A DNA stretch of 32,000 nt from Candidatus Nitrosotenuis cloacae (GTDB lineage Archaea > Thermoproteota > Nitrososphaeria > Nitrososphaerales > Nitrosopumilaceae): positions 924,582 through 956,581 of the forward strand of contig NZ_CP011097.1 in NCBI RefSeq assembly GCF_000955905.1, in the 5' to 3' direction. Each line of letters starts with the position of its first letter. The stretch's first letter is position 1. The notes under the pieces were generated by a model. The model was not told the DNA's origin. It was given only the letters and a program-made list of their open reading frames with translations, and made no database searches. Shown one piece after another: positions 22,611-30,000 of the stretch. A program made the position numbers and the translations under genes.

Positions 22611-23476
22611 TTGCCAAATTCTAGGGATTTTGCTTTTTTGATGGATTTGCTAATTTCGACTAGCTTGATGTCTATCTTTTTTGCCCTATCCAGTGAGGAT
22701 TGGTACTTGGAGTAAGAGTCTCGGTATTTTGATTCATAGAACAATGCGTCTGCCTCGTCTTGGACTAGTTCTGCGTCATTTAGGAACTTTTTTGCAGCCA
22801 AAAACGAGTCCGTGGCCTTTTGCATCTCAGCCTGGGATGCCTTGTTGGTAATCCAGGTATAGTTTAGCGAGGGTGTGATTTTTTGCAGTGCAGTTTTTGT
22901 TGCAAATAGTTTCTTGTCTGATAAGGTCTGGATTTTGGTTGCCTTTAGCTTCCAGTCAATGATTTTAGTCGAGTTTGTTGCCTTGAGCGTGGCAGGTGAC
23001 TTTAACTGCAGCCATGATTCGTAGCTTTCAATTTTTGGATACATGATATCATTTGGATCATCGCTGTGGGAAAACCCAATTGCGTGTCCTAGCTCGTGCT
23101 TTGTTATTTCCAATGCATAGTCTGATGATACAAGATTCCATTTTTTGTCCTTGAAATAACCTAGCGTGATGGTTAGTCGTGGCTTGCCGTACTCGTTTAG
23201 GGTATTGGTGGTATAGTATCCAAGCTTGCCCCCATCATACTGGCTTGCCCATTCCAAGACAAAGTCTGCAGTGTCTTGTCTAGTGGCGATTTCCAGTTGT
23301 AGTCCGGGCATTTTTTGCTGCCAGTATTTGATTGCATCATTTAGTACTGTTCCAAACTGTTTTTCCCATGATGGCGGCATTTTTTGCACATACATTTTGT
23401 AGGTCTGAGCATCAGCTGGAATCGGAATGAATCCAAAAACCGCAACCAGTACGATTCCACCAAGAAATAACTTCAT
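22607..23476 (-). CDS. secreted matrixin-type zinc metalloprotease (metzincin, M10-like) with a helical C-terminal extension
   Basis: Signal peptide MKLFLGGIVLVAVFGFIPIPADA. Full metzincin signature HELGHAIGFSHSDDPNDIMYP (HExxHxxGxxH plus Met-turn). TATA-like CCTTATTT lies 22 nt upstream. Confidence 0.85.
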   Translation of the reverse strand: MKLFLGGIVLVAVFGFIPIPADAQTYKMYVQKMPPSWEKQFGTVLNDAIKYWQQKMPGLQLEIATRQDTADFVLEWASQYDGGKLGYYTTNTLNEYGKPRLTITLGYFKDKKWNLVSSDYALEITKHELGHAIGFSHSDDPNDIMYPKIESYESWLQLKSPATLKATNSTKIIDWKLKATKIQTLSDKKLFATKTALQKITPSLNYTWITNKASQAEMQKATDSFLAAKKFLNDAELVQDEADALFYESKYRDSYSKYQSSLDRAKKIDIKLVEISKSIKKAKSLEFGK

Positions 23477-23526
23477 GAAAACTCTGGATTATTCTCACAA
23501 ATAAGGCCCATGTTGTGTTTTTGGTA

Positions 23527-23922
23527 TTATCTGGTAGGCTCGGAATAACTCTGGGTTGAAAATACTATCGATATGGAATTTGGATCATCGGCCGCAATGA
23601 AAAACTCGCCGCTCTTGCAGGATTTTGGCATGATCAAACCCCACAAAGTCACCTGGACCACATCTCGGTCTGAGCGCAATTCTAGATCAGGTGAGTATAG
23701 TTTTTCCATGCCCGCACACACCTTGACTTCCACTATATGCCAGACGTGCAGTGTTCTTGATTTTGATATCTTGCTTATCTGGGCTGACTTGTCGGTTTGC
23801 ATGGTTTTGAAATCCTTGATGTCTTTTTTTATAGAATATTTTTGTGGCGTTGCATCTGCGGTATTGATTGTCAGAACCGAGAGCACAAGGAATGATATCA
23901 GCATTATCCCAGACAGCCTCAT
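23527..23922 (-). CDS. small secreted protein (131 aa)
   Basis: MRLSGIMLISFLVLSVLTINTADA signal peptide. TATA-like ATTATATT lies 18 nt upstream of ATG 23922, which argues against the TTG 23940 start. No family recognised. Confidence 0.6.
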   Translation of the reverse strand: MRLSGIMLISFLVLSVLTINTADATPQKYSIKKDIKDFKTMQTDKSAQISKISKSRTLHVWHIVEVKVCAGMEKLYSPDLELRSDRDVVQVTLWGLIMPKSCKSGEFFIAADDPNSISIVFSTQSYSEPTR

Positions 23923-23948
23923 GTGGTCATAATACCACAAAATATAAT

Positions 23949-26900
23949 TTAAGATTTCTCGGCGTGTTTGTGTTGGATTTTTGATCTTATTACCATTACC
24001 AGTAATGCTGGTGCACCAAGATAGATTCCTGCATTTAGCATTACAACCAGGATTCCATATCCTACCAGTTCGGATTCCGAGTCAATTCCTGCATGATTCA
24101 GAATCGATAGCGTGGATAGCATTGGTGTGATTGTTATTTTGATTACTTCCTTGAATAACGGATTTTGTCGTTCTAGGTCTGCCACGTCTGGACTAAATGA
24201 ATAATAAAACTCGTTGAATCCTGACATTAACGCAGTCCCAGAACCACCAAACAGCAATACATTATCACGTAGCTCTCTTAGGGACTGGACCTGTGGCGAT
24301 AGTTCTGTTCCATATGTTGCGGTTGCAATTAAACATCCACCACCAAATGGCCCGTCTGCTTTATCCACAACACAGACTCCCTCTTCGATGTGAGTTCCAG
24401 GACCGCACAGCAATTCAACTGGTTCGGGCTCTGGAATTTCCAATACCTCGTATATTGTCTGGCCTGGGAAGTTTTTATCAAACCATTCCTTGAATGCGGC
24501 CTCGGAATTGTATCTCTCCACATATGACTGTGGGTCCTTGTCAGGATCTGGAAATCCCGGAATGTGGGTTGTGGGGGTTTGTGGCTCTGGCTCTGGTTCT
24601 GTTTCGGTTTCTACGATACAGGTCTGGGTCTCTTCATCAAACATTGTTCCTATGCCACATTGGGTTGGCTCTGGTGTTTCCTCTACTGGTTTTGGAGGAT
24701 CTGCTGTTTTGATAGATACCTCATTTGATGCAACACTCAGTCCTGCTACATTGATTGCGTAAATTCTATACGAGTAAGTGTTTGCAAGCAGTCCGGTGTG
24801 TGAATATGTTGTGGTGCTGGTCTTGCTGGTTAGTGTACGATACGAGTCTTGACCTATCTTGTATTCTATTTTGTAGCCAGTGACTTCTGCACCGCCAGTA
24901 ATTGATGGTGTAGACCAGTACAGATTGATCTGAGTTGATGAAACTAGATTAGCTGATAGTGTAGGTGGTGTTGGAGGTTTTGCATTGACAGGCACGGATG
25001 GCGGTGGTGTGACTATGGTTGATGTGGTTGGGGTTGCGGAAACCTCTGCAGATGAAAGACTTGTTCCAGATGATGTGATGGCATAGATTCTGTATACGTG
25101 TGTGGTTCCTGTGACTAGTTTTGTGTGGGAATATTTTGTAGTGGAATTTTGTGTACTTGGTGTTAGCGTTTCAAATTGTGCAGGTCCTTTTTTGACTTCA
25201 ATCTTGTATCCGACTATAGTACTGCTAGTTGATGGTGCAGTCCAGGATAGGTTGATTTGTGTTGGTGAGACGGGGGTTGCAACAAGATTTGTTGGTGGAT
25301 TTACCGTTGTGGTACTAGTTGGGGTTGGTGGCACTGCATTTGATGTGGATAGTGGTGTAGCAGTGGCATCTGCAGATCTTGGGCTAGAGCCCAGCGTGAA
25401 ATATGCAGACACTACATACGTGTAGGTCTTGCCTGTGGTGAGTCCGGTTATAGTGTAGGTATTGACAGAGCCGACATTGTCCTGAATTACTTTGTAGCTG
25501 TCCTGTGAAATTTTTTCCTCTATCTTGTAGCCGGTGATTGATTGCTTGTAGGTTTGCGATGGTGCAACCCAGGTTAGCGTGATTGCCGTAGGCGATATGG
25601 CAGTAGCAGTTACGGTTGGCGTTGTGGTGTCCTTTGGCGTGGCAGAGACCTCGCTTTGTGTGCCGGCCCCTACAGAGTTGATTGCCGAGACTCGGTAATA
25701 GTATTGAGTGCCTGTGGTAAGGCCGGTGTGAGAAAATGAGGTTGTTGTGCTTTGCGAATTTGCAACCAATACCTCAAATGCGCCAGCACCTTTCTTTGAT
25801 TCAATTTTGTAGCCAGTGATTGCCGCACCGCCATTGTTGGATGGAGCACCCCAGGACAGATTAATTTGAGTGGGTGATGCAGATGTTGCGGACAGATTAG
25901 TTACTGATCCTGGTACATTAGAAGATGATGAAGACGATGTTGGGGTGGATGAGGCTTCATTTGATGCGATGCTGGTTCCAACACTATTGATTGCAGAAAC
26001 TCGGTAAACGTAAAGCTGTCCTGATGTCAAGCCGGTATGTGAGTATGTGGTGGTTGTGGTACCGGTGTTTGATACGAGATTTGTGTAGCTGCCAGAGCCG
26101 ATCTTGTATTCTATTTTGTATCCTGTAATTGGAAATCCGCCTGTGCTAGATGGTGTGGCCCAAGACAAGTTTACCTGGGTACCAGAGTTTGCAGTGGCTA
26201 CCAGTGCGGTTGGTGCACTAGGTACGCCAGATGTTGAGGATGATGTTGGAGTAGCAGATGCTTCGCCAGAGGTAGCACTTGTTCCGATATTATTGATGGC
26301 AGAGATCCTATACGTGTAGGTTGTACCAGTTGTCAGTCCGGTATGGGAGTATGTTGTGGTTGTAGTTCCAGTGTTTGATACAAGGTTTGAGAATGTTCCA
26401 GAACCTGACTTTGCTTCTATTTTGTAGCCTGTAATTGGTGAGCCGCCATTGTTTGAAGGGGCAGACCAGGACAGATTCACTTGAGTTGGAGATACGGGTG
26501 TGGCAGACACGCCTGTTGGAGAGCCTGAAACGGTTAACGCTGAAGATGATGTTGGCTGTACCACTACTTCGTTTGAGGGATTTTCGCTTGTGCCAAATTG
26601 TGTAATGGAATAAACTCGATAAAGATAGACCTGGTTTGTAGTTAATCCGGTATGAGAATAGGTGGTTGCGGTGCTGCCGGTGTTTGACACTAAAACAGAA
26701 TAGCTGCCAGAGCCGATTCTGTATTCGATTTTGTAGCCGGAAATAGGATAGCCACCAAAGCTTGTTGGCGCAGTCCAGGAAAGATTTGCCTGAGTTGGAG
26801 ATGCTGCAACGCCAGTCAGTCCGGTTGGTGCACCGGGGGCAGAACCAGTAGATGATGAGGTTGGTGTGGCAGAGGCCTCGGACGATGGATTTCCAGTACC

Positions 26901-27215
26901 GACATTGTTGATTGCGGATACCTTGTAGGTGTAGGTGTTGCCACTGGTCAGTCCCGTATGGGAATAATTTGTGGTAAATCCAGTGCTTGCAACTAGAATT
27001 GAATAGCTTCCAGATCCAATCTTGTATTCTATTTTGTAGCTGTTAACGCCGGTTCCGCCATCATTGGCAGGTGCCGACCAGAACAGGTTTACCTGTGTTC
27101 CTGAAACGGCAGTGGCGGTAAGGTTTGTTGGAGGATCAGGGGCGGTTGCTGCAAACGCCTGAGTTATGGATGCGAATAATATGACATAAAATAATGCGAA
27201 TAGATACGCCTTCAC
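23949..27215 (-). CDS. surface protein with eight fibronectin type III domains and a C-terminal anchoring cassette (1088 aa)
   Basis: GTG start with TATA-like GTTTATCA 24 nt upstream. Signal peptide. Eight repeats of P.P.NL.A......Q.NLSW..P...GG..ITGYKIE.K.G.G......NT..TTTTYSHTGLT.G..Y.YR.SAIN..G.S, separated by S/T-rich linkers. The C-terminal 237 aa hold two CG.GT...C loops, a CLIATATYG...LRELRDN box and a terminal TM helix. Confidence 0.9.
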   Translation of the reverse strand: MKAYLFALFYVILFASITQAFAATAPDPPTNLTATAVSGTQVNLFWSAPANDGGTGVNSYKIEYKIGSGSYSILVASTGFTTNYSHTGLTSGNTYTYKVSAINNVGTGNPSSEASATPTSSSTGSAPGAPTGLTGVAASPTQANLSWTAPTSFGGYPISGYKIEYRIGSGSYSVLVSNTGSTATTYSHTGLTTNQVYLYRVYSITQFGTSENPSNEVVVQPTSSSALTVSGSPTGVSATPVSPTQVNLSWSAPSNNGGSPITGYKIEAKSGSGTFSNLVSNTGTTTTTYSHTGLTTGTTYTYRISAINNIGTSATSGEASATPTSSSTSGVPSAPTALVATANSGTQVNLSWATPSSTGGFPITGYKIEYKIGSGSYTNLVSNTGTTTTTYSHTGLTSGQLYVYRVSAINSVGTSIASNEASSTPTSSSSSSNVPGSVTNLSATSASPTQINLSWGAPSNNGGAAITGYKIESKKGAGAFEVLVANSQSTTTSFSHTGLTTGTQYYYRVSAINSVGAGTQSEVSATPKDTTTPTVTATAISPTAITLTWVAPSQTYKQSITGYKIEEKISQDSYKVIQDNVGSVNTYTITGLTTGKTYTYVVSAYFTLGSSPRSADATATPLSTSNAVPPTPTSTTTVNPPTNLVATPVSPTQINLSWTAPSTSSTIVGYKIEVKKGPAQFETLTPSTQNSTTKYSHTKLVTGTTHVYRIYAITSSGTSLSSAEVSATPTTSTIVTPPPSVPVNAKPPTPPTLSANLVSSTQINLYWSTPSITGGAEVTGYKIEYKIGQDSYRTLTSKTSTTTYSHTGLLANTYSYRIYAINVAGLSVASNEVSIKTADPPKPVEETPEPTQCGIGTMFDEETQTCIVETETEPEPEPQTPTTHIPGFPDPDKDPQSYVERYNSEAAFKEWFDKNFPGQTIYEVLEIPEPEPVELLCGPGTHIEEGVCVVDKADGPFGGGCLIATATYGTELSPQVQSLRELRDNVLLFGGSGTALMSGFNEFYYSFSPDVADLERQNPLFKEVIKITITPMLSTLSILNHAGIDSESELVGYGILVVMLNAGIYLGAPALLVMVIRSKIQHKHAEKS
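24705..27143 (-). repeat. eight tandem FN3-encoding repeats (~300 nt each, diverged)
   Basis: Protein residues about 25-837. The recurring GYKIE and YSHTGLT cores are visible in every unit. Confidence 0.85.
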
Positions 27216-27287
27216 AGCTGAAAAAAGCCCTTCACAGATTGATAAACACTTGGACTAAATCATTAGTGATGAATTGATTGAATTTTC

Positions 27288-27746
27288 TTATGGTACGATG
27301 CTGCCTGCGGATTTGGCATAGTCGGATTCATACCATACGGTTTTGTATTCTGAGCTTTTGGATGATATGATATTGATGGCAATGTGGGAAAAGGTCTTGG
27401 ATTTACTAATAGAGCCGTGCGTGTGAAGCGTGTTTTTTGGAATGTATACTATGTCGCCTTCGTTTAATGGGATAGATTCGGTTTTCTTTATGGCAAAGTG
27501 CGATTTTTTGTTTTGAAGCTTTTTGTATAGTTCCAGTTTGCCTTTGCCTTTTGTTGCAATTAGGATCTGGTTACCATTGTGGGTATGGAGCTTTGTCTTG
27601 GAGCCGCCTTTGAAATAGACGTGATAGATGTTGTGCTGTTCTGAGTGTATGGTACCAGATATGTCCTTCATGGAGGTCTTGCCGGTAAACCAGTTTGGGT
27701 TTATCTTGCGGGGGTTTCCAGGGGAGTAAATGTTGGCTTTTCTCAT
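27288..27746 (-). CDS. cupin-domain protein (152 aa)
   Basis: KTKLHTHNGNQILIATKGKGKL...EGDIVYIPKNTLHTHGS is the two-motif cupin signature. TATA-like GATTATATCC lies about 24 nt upstream. Confidence 0.7.
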   Translation of the reverse strand: MRKANIYSPGNPRKINPNWFTGKTSMKDISGTIHSEQHNIYHVYFKGGSKTKLHTHNGNQILIATKGKGKLELYKKLQNKKSHFAIKKTESIPLNEGDIVYIPKNTLHTHGSISKSKTFSHIAINIISSKSSEYKTVWYESDYAKSAGSIVP

Positions 27747-27781
27747 TATGAAAAAGTCATCATATTATGGATATAATCCAA

Positions 27782-27991
27782 TCAGGTTTTCTGAAAGTGG
27801 TCTGCTGATTCCTTTTGGTATTCCAGAATACAGGATTCACAAAAAGAATCCCATTCTGTGATGTGTAGTTTGGCAAAATAATCAATGGTCCATTGGTATG
27901 GTGGGGTTTTTCTATATTGGAACTGTTGGATGGTGTAAATGTCTTTTTGATGGAATTTTTGCAGGCACTTTTTGCACTGGGCATCCTTCAT
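27782..27991 (-). CDS. small CxxC...CxxC zinc-ribbon-like protein (69 aa)
   Basis: MKDAQCKKCLQKF...DSFCESCILEY. Preferred over the overlapping frame 27760-27984, which has low-complexity, antisense-like composition. Confidence 0.45.
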   Translation of the reverse strand: MKDAQCKKCLQKFHQKDIYTIQQFQYRKTPPYQWTIDYFAKLHITEWDSFCESCILEYQKESADHFQKT

Positions 27992-28022
27992 AGTGTGATA
28001 TGAGTGGGGATGTTTTTAGAGA

Positions 28023-28436
28023 TTAGGAAAATTCCGTGATTTTTGATAAAGCAGATGTGATATTTAGCAGATCCGCACTTGCCACAGTTTTGTCAGAGAT
28101 TAATTCAGCGTAGAATGGATCAGAATCCATTTTTTGTATATCTGATTGATAGCAGCTCAGTGCTTTCTCAAATAATGTGATATCAGACTCCAATCTGGAC
28201 AGCACCTCAGAGTTTTCCAATCCTTCACTGATTTTTTTAATCAGTGTTCCAACCAAAGGATATGCCTTCATTGCCTCTTGCTCTACAATTTGCGCAAACA
28301 TTGGCGCGTCCTTGATTTCAGGCGAGTTCCTAATGTTGCGCAGCCTTTTTTTGTAATGGTTTAGTGCGCGCAGTACCAACTCGTATCCACCTTCCTCTTT
28401 GAGATAGATTCTACCTAACCATACCTTTTGAGACAT
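28023..28436 (-). CDS. hypothetical protein (137 aa, helical)
   Basis: Clean ORF. TATA-like TATTTACAAA (28461-28470) lies 24 nt upstream and abuts the stop of the upstream gene. Confidence 0.6.
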   Translation of the reverse strand: MSQKVWLGRIYLKEEGGYELVLRALNHYKKRLRNIRNSPEIKDAPMFAQIVEQEAMKAYPLVGTLIKKISEGLENSEVLSRLESDITLFEKALSCYQSDIQKMDSDPFYAELISDKTVASADLLNITSALSKITEFS

Positions 28437-28470
28437 TATTGGTATGGTATGATTAGATTATTTGTAAATA

Positions 28471-28722
28471 TCATTGTGGATTTAGTATGCTGGTTATCAC
28501 ATCCAGAACATGTTGGTATTCTGGTGTTGCGGCATCTCCTCGGACGAGAAGGGTTCCGTTTTTGTAATATATGGTTTTGATGTTTTTAACTCGCGTAAAG
28601 ATCTTGAAGGACTCCATGATTGATGGATCATCGGATTTGTAGAATATCAGATTAAAGTCCGTTCGCAGTCGATTGGTAATGATAACAAAGTCGTCTTGGG
28701 TGATTTTTCTTACAAATTCCAA
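28471..28722 (-). CDS. hypothetical protein (83 aa)
   Basis: Open frame with plausible composition. The TTG start is not supported by promoter spacing, so the start is uncertain. Confidence 0.45.
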   Translation of the reverse strand: MEFVRKITQDDFVIITNRLRTDFNLIFYKSDDPSIMESFKIFTRVKNIKTIYYKNGTLLVRGDAATPEYQHVLDVITSILNPQ

Positions 28723-28906
28723 TTATATCCTACAGTGTGTGAGTAAAGTGAACAACATATCTCTATTATGGTATTTTGCGATTGGGTATGAACATGGTTG
28801 TAACAACTCGCATGTATCACAAAATGATCCAAGATGAGCCTACCATATCAGACATGGACAAGATTGATCTGGAATTAAAGGGCAAAAAAGTTCTAGCAGA
28901 ATAATA

Positions 28907-29071
28907 CTACCACATTCCGCCGGCACCATCTTGACCGTCCATTTTCTTGGCAGGTAGGTGTCCGTGAGCCTTGTTGATGTGTCTCTTTAGGCGCTCTGGG
29001 TCGTGTAATTCCATTCCACAGGTTTTACATTTTGTTTGGTTTGTTTCTTCCTTCTTTTTGAAGAGGCCCAT
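28907..29071 (-). CDS. small C2H2 zinc-finger protein (54 aa)
   Basis: Below the track cutoff. MGLFKKKEETNQTKCKTCGMELHDPERLKRHINKAHGHLPAKKMDGQDGAGGMW carries C-x2-C-x12-H-x4-H, a canonical C2H2 spacing. A TATA lies 22 nt upstream. Confidence 0.6.
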   Translation of the reverse strand: MGLFKKKEETNQTKCKTCGMELHDPERLKRHINKAHGHLPAKKMDGQDGAGGMW

Positions 29072-29093
29072 GGATTTGGTTTTGGAAAATGTG

Positions 29094-29101
29094 TTATAAA
29101 T
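29094..29101. promoter_or_regulatory. single near-palindromic TATA box (TTATAAAT / ATTTATAA) shared by two divergent micro-genes
   Basis: This is the only TATA-like element in the 50-nt intergenic region. It lies 22 nt from ATG 29071 (minus) and 20 nt from ATG 29122 (plus). Confidence 0.45.
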
Positions 29102-29121
29102 TAATCTGACTGATTACTAGT

Positions 29122-29301
29122 ATGAAATGTCAGTGTGAAAAGTGTCATTGTAGTGAGGAGTTTGAACCAATTGACAAAGAGAATCTCCTCAATACCATAC
29201 AGCATGGACGACTAGATAAGAAACAGATTGAATTTGCGATGAAGAGACTAGATAATGTTTTGTGTGAGAAATGTTTTCTCAATAAACATCAGACCAATTA
29301 G
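29122..29301 (+). CDS. small Cys-rich protein (59 aa; CQCEKCHC ... CEKC)
   Basis: One codon below the track cutoff. MKCQCEKCHCSEEFEPIDKENLLNTIQHGRLDKKQIEFAMKRLDNVLCEKCFLNKHQTN. Confidence 0.5.
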   Translation: MKCQCEKCHCSEEFEPIDKENLLNTIQHGRLDKKQIEFAMKRLDNVLCEKCFLNKHQTN

Positions 29302-29446
29302 TAAAAGTCAGATTTACAGACGTGTTAGATTTGAATGCAGATAGAAAACGTCTTTGGCTAGGTACAATCGAACAAATAGATTCTAGAATTATGAATGAAT
29401 CCATGCCAATTTCGATGAATCATTTCAATAAAGAAAGTATATGAAA

Positions 29447-29878
29447 TTATAATTCCTGCATCAATTGTTTAAGTTCTTCACGCATCGTATCGTTTAATGT
29501 TGGAGTTTTTAGATAATTCTCTACAAATTCTTTAGATATTGTTTCCTTAGTTGGTTCTAACTCAGAGCCTAGAAAACTACCAGATATCGAATTGTTAGAA
29601 TGCTCCATAATGAATACTGAGAACTTGCCAGATCGTTCGGGATCGTGATAATTTCCAACAGGACTTAAAACTGTAGCAATGAATCCTCGTTTTCCATGAA
29701 AGGGATCTTTTTTCATTAATCTATGAATTTTAACAATATCGCCAATTTTCAAAAATTTATCACTTTCTTGTTTTTTATTCCATTCAGATATGGCCTGTTC
29801 AATAGGGATATCTTTTCTTATTCTATCTGAAAGAAATTCAATGGCGCCATCGGGTAATACTATTTTCTTGGATTTCAT
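29447..29878 (-). CDS. hypothetical protein (143 aa), possible small beta-barrel (KOW/SH3-like) core
   Basis: IGDIVKIHRLMKKDPFHGKRGFIATV resembles the GD.V.I...G...G..G.I..V barrel motif. This is a weak call. Confidence 0.5.
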   Translation of the reverse strand: MKSKKIVLPDGAIEFLSDRIRKDIPIEQAISEWNKKQESDKFLKIGDIVKIHRLMKKDPFHGKRGFIATVLSPVGNYHDPERSGKFSVFIMEHSNNSISGSFLGSELEPTKETISKEFVENYLKTPTLNDTMREELKQLMQEL

Positions 29879-29883
29879 CTAAC

Positions 29884-29895
29884 ATCTGATCAGAT
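29884..29895. promoter_or_regulatory. perfect 12-bp palindrome ATCTGATCAGAT between the AT-rich promoter and the start codon of the 29878 gene
   Basis: Lies 5 nt upstream of ATG 29876-29878 and downstream of TTTTTAATTGATTATTAAT. The position fits an operator overlapping the transcription start. Confidence 0.3.
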
Positions 29896-29957
29896 TAATA
29901 ATCAATTAAAAAAGTTAAGCTGTTTCTCCAACAAATCCTAACCTACGTCATTACGTG

Positions 29958-29985
29958 AAAAACATTGAATTTTTGCGCACAAAAA
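29958..29985 (-). terminator. T-run terminator candidate downstream of aEF-2
   Basis: The minus strand after the TAA at 30001 reads ...CCCCGCCTTTTTGTGCGCAAAAATTCAATGTTTTTC, with two T5 tracts. Confidence 0.4.
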
Positions 29986-30000
29986 GGCGGGGTTCTATTT

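Noticed and set aside
22555-22685. Apparent 1-nt discrepancies when I hand-translated the end of the metzincin gene: an in-frame TAG near 22673 and an offset of the stop codon.
   Set aside because: The supplied ORF track shows an intact 289-aa frame ending at 22607. The two discrepancies are in homopolymer or junction positions and cancel each other, so I attribute them to my own miscounting rather than to a frameshift or pseudogene.
27760-27984. Minus-strand 74-aa ORF overlapping the 69-aa zinc-ribbon frame.
   Set aside because: It has no motif and an N/S/P/I-rich composition. The competing frame has paired CxxC motifs.
28788-28904. Possible 38-aa plus-strand ORF (MNMVVTTRMYHKMIQDEPTISDMDKIDLELKGKKVLAE).
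   Set aside because: It has no recognisable motif, and only a weak TATA at sub-optimal spacing (about 17 nt). Evidence is insufficient to call it.
29302-29446. Four dispersed (T)AGAT(T/A) motifs and a weak AGACG/CGTCT inverted repeat in the 145-nt gap between convergent genes.
   Set aside because: The motifs are short and irregularly spaced, which is compatible with chance in AT-rich sequence.
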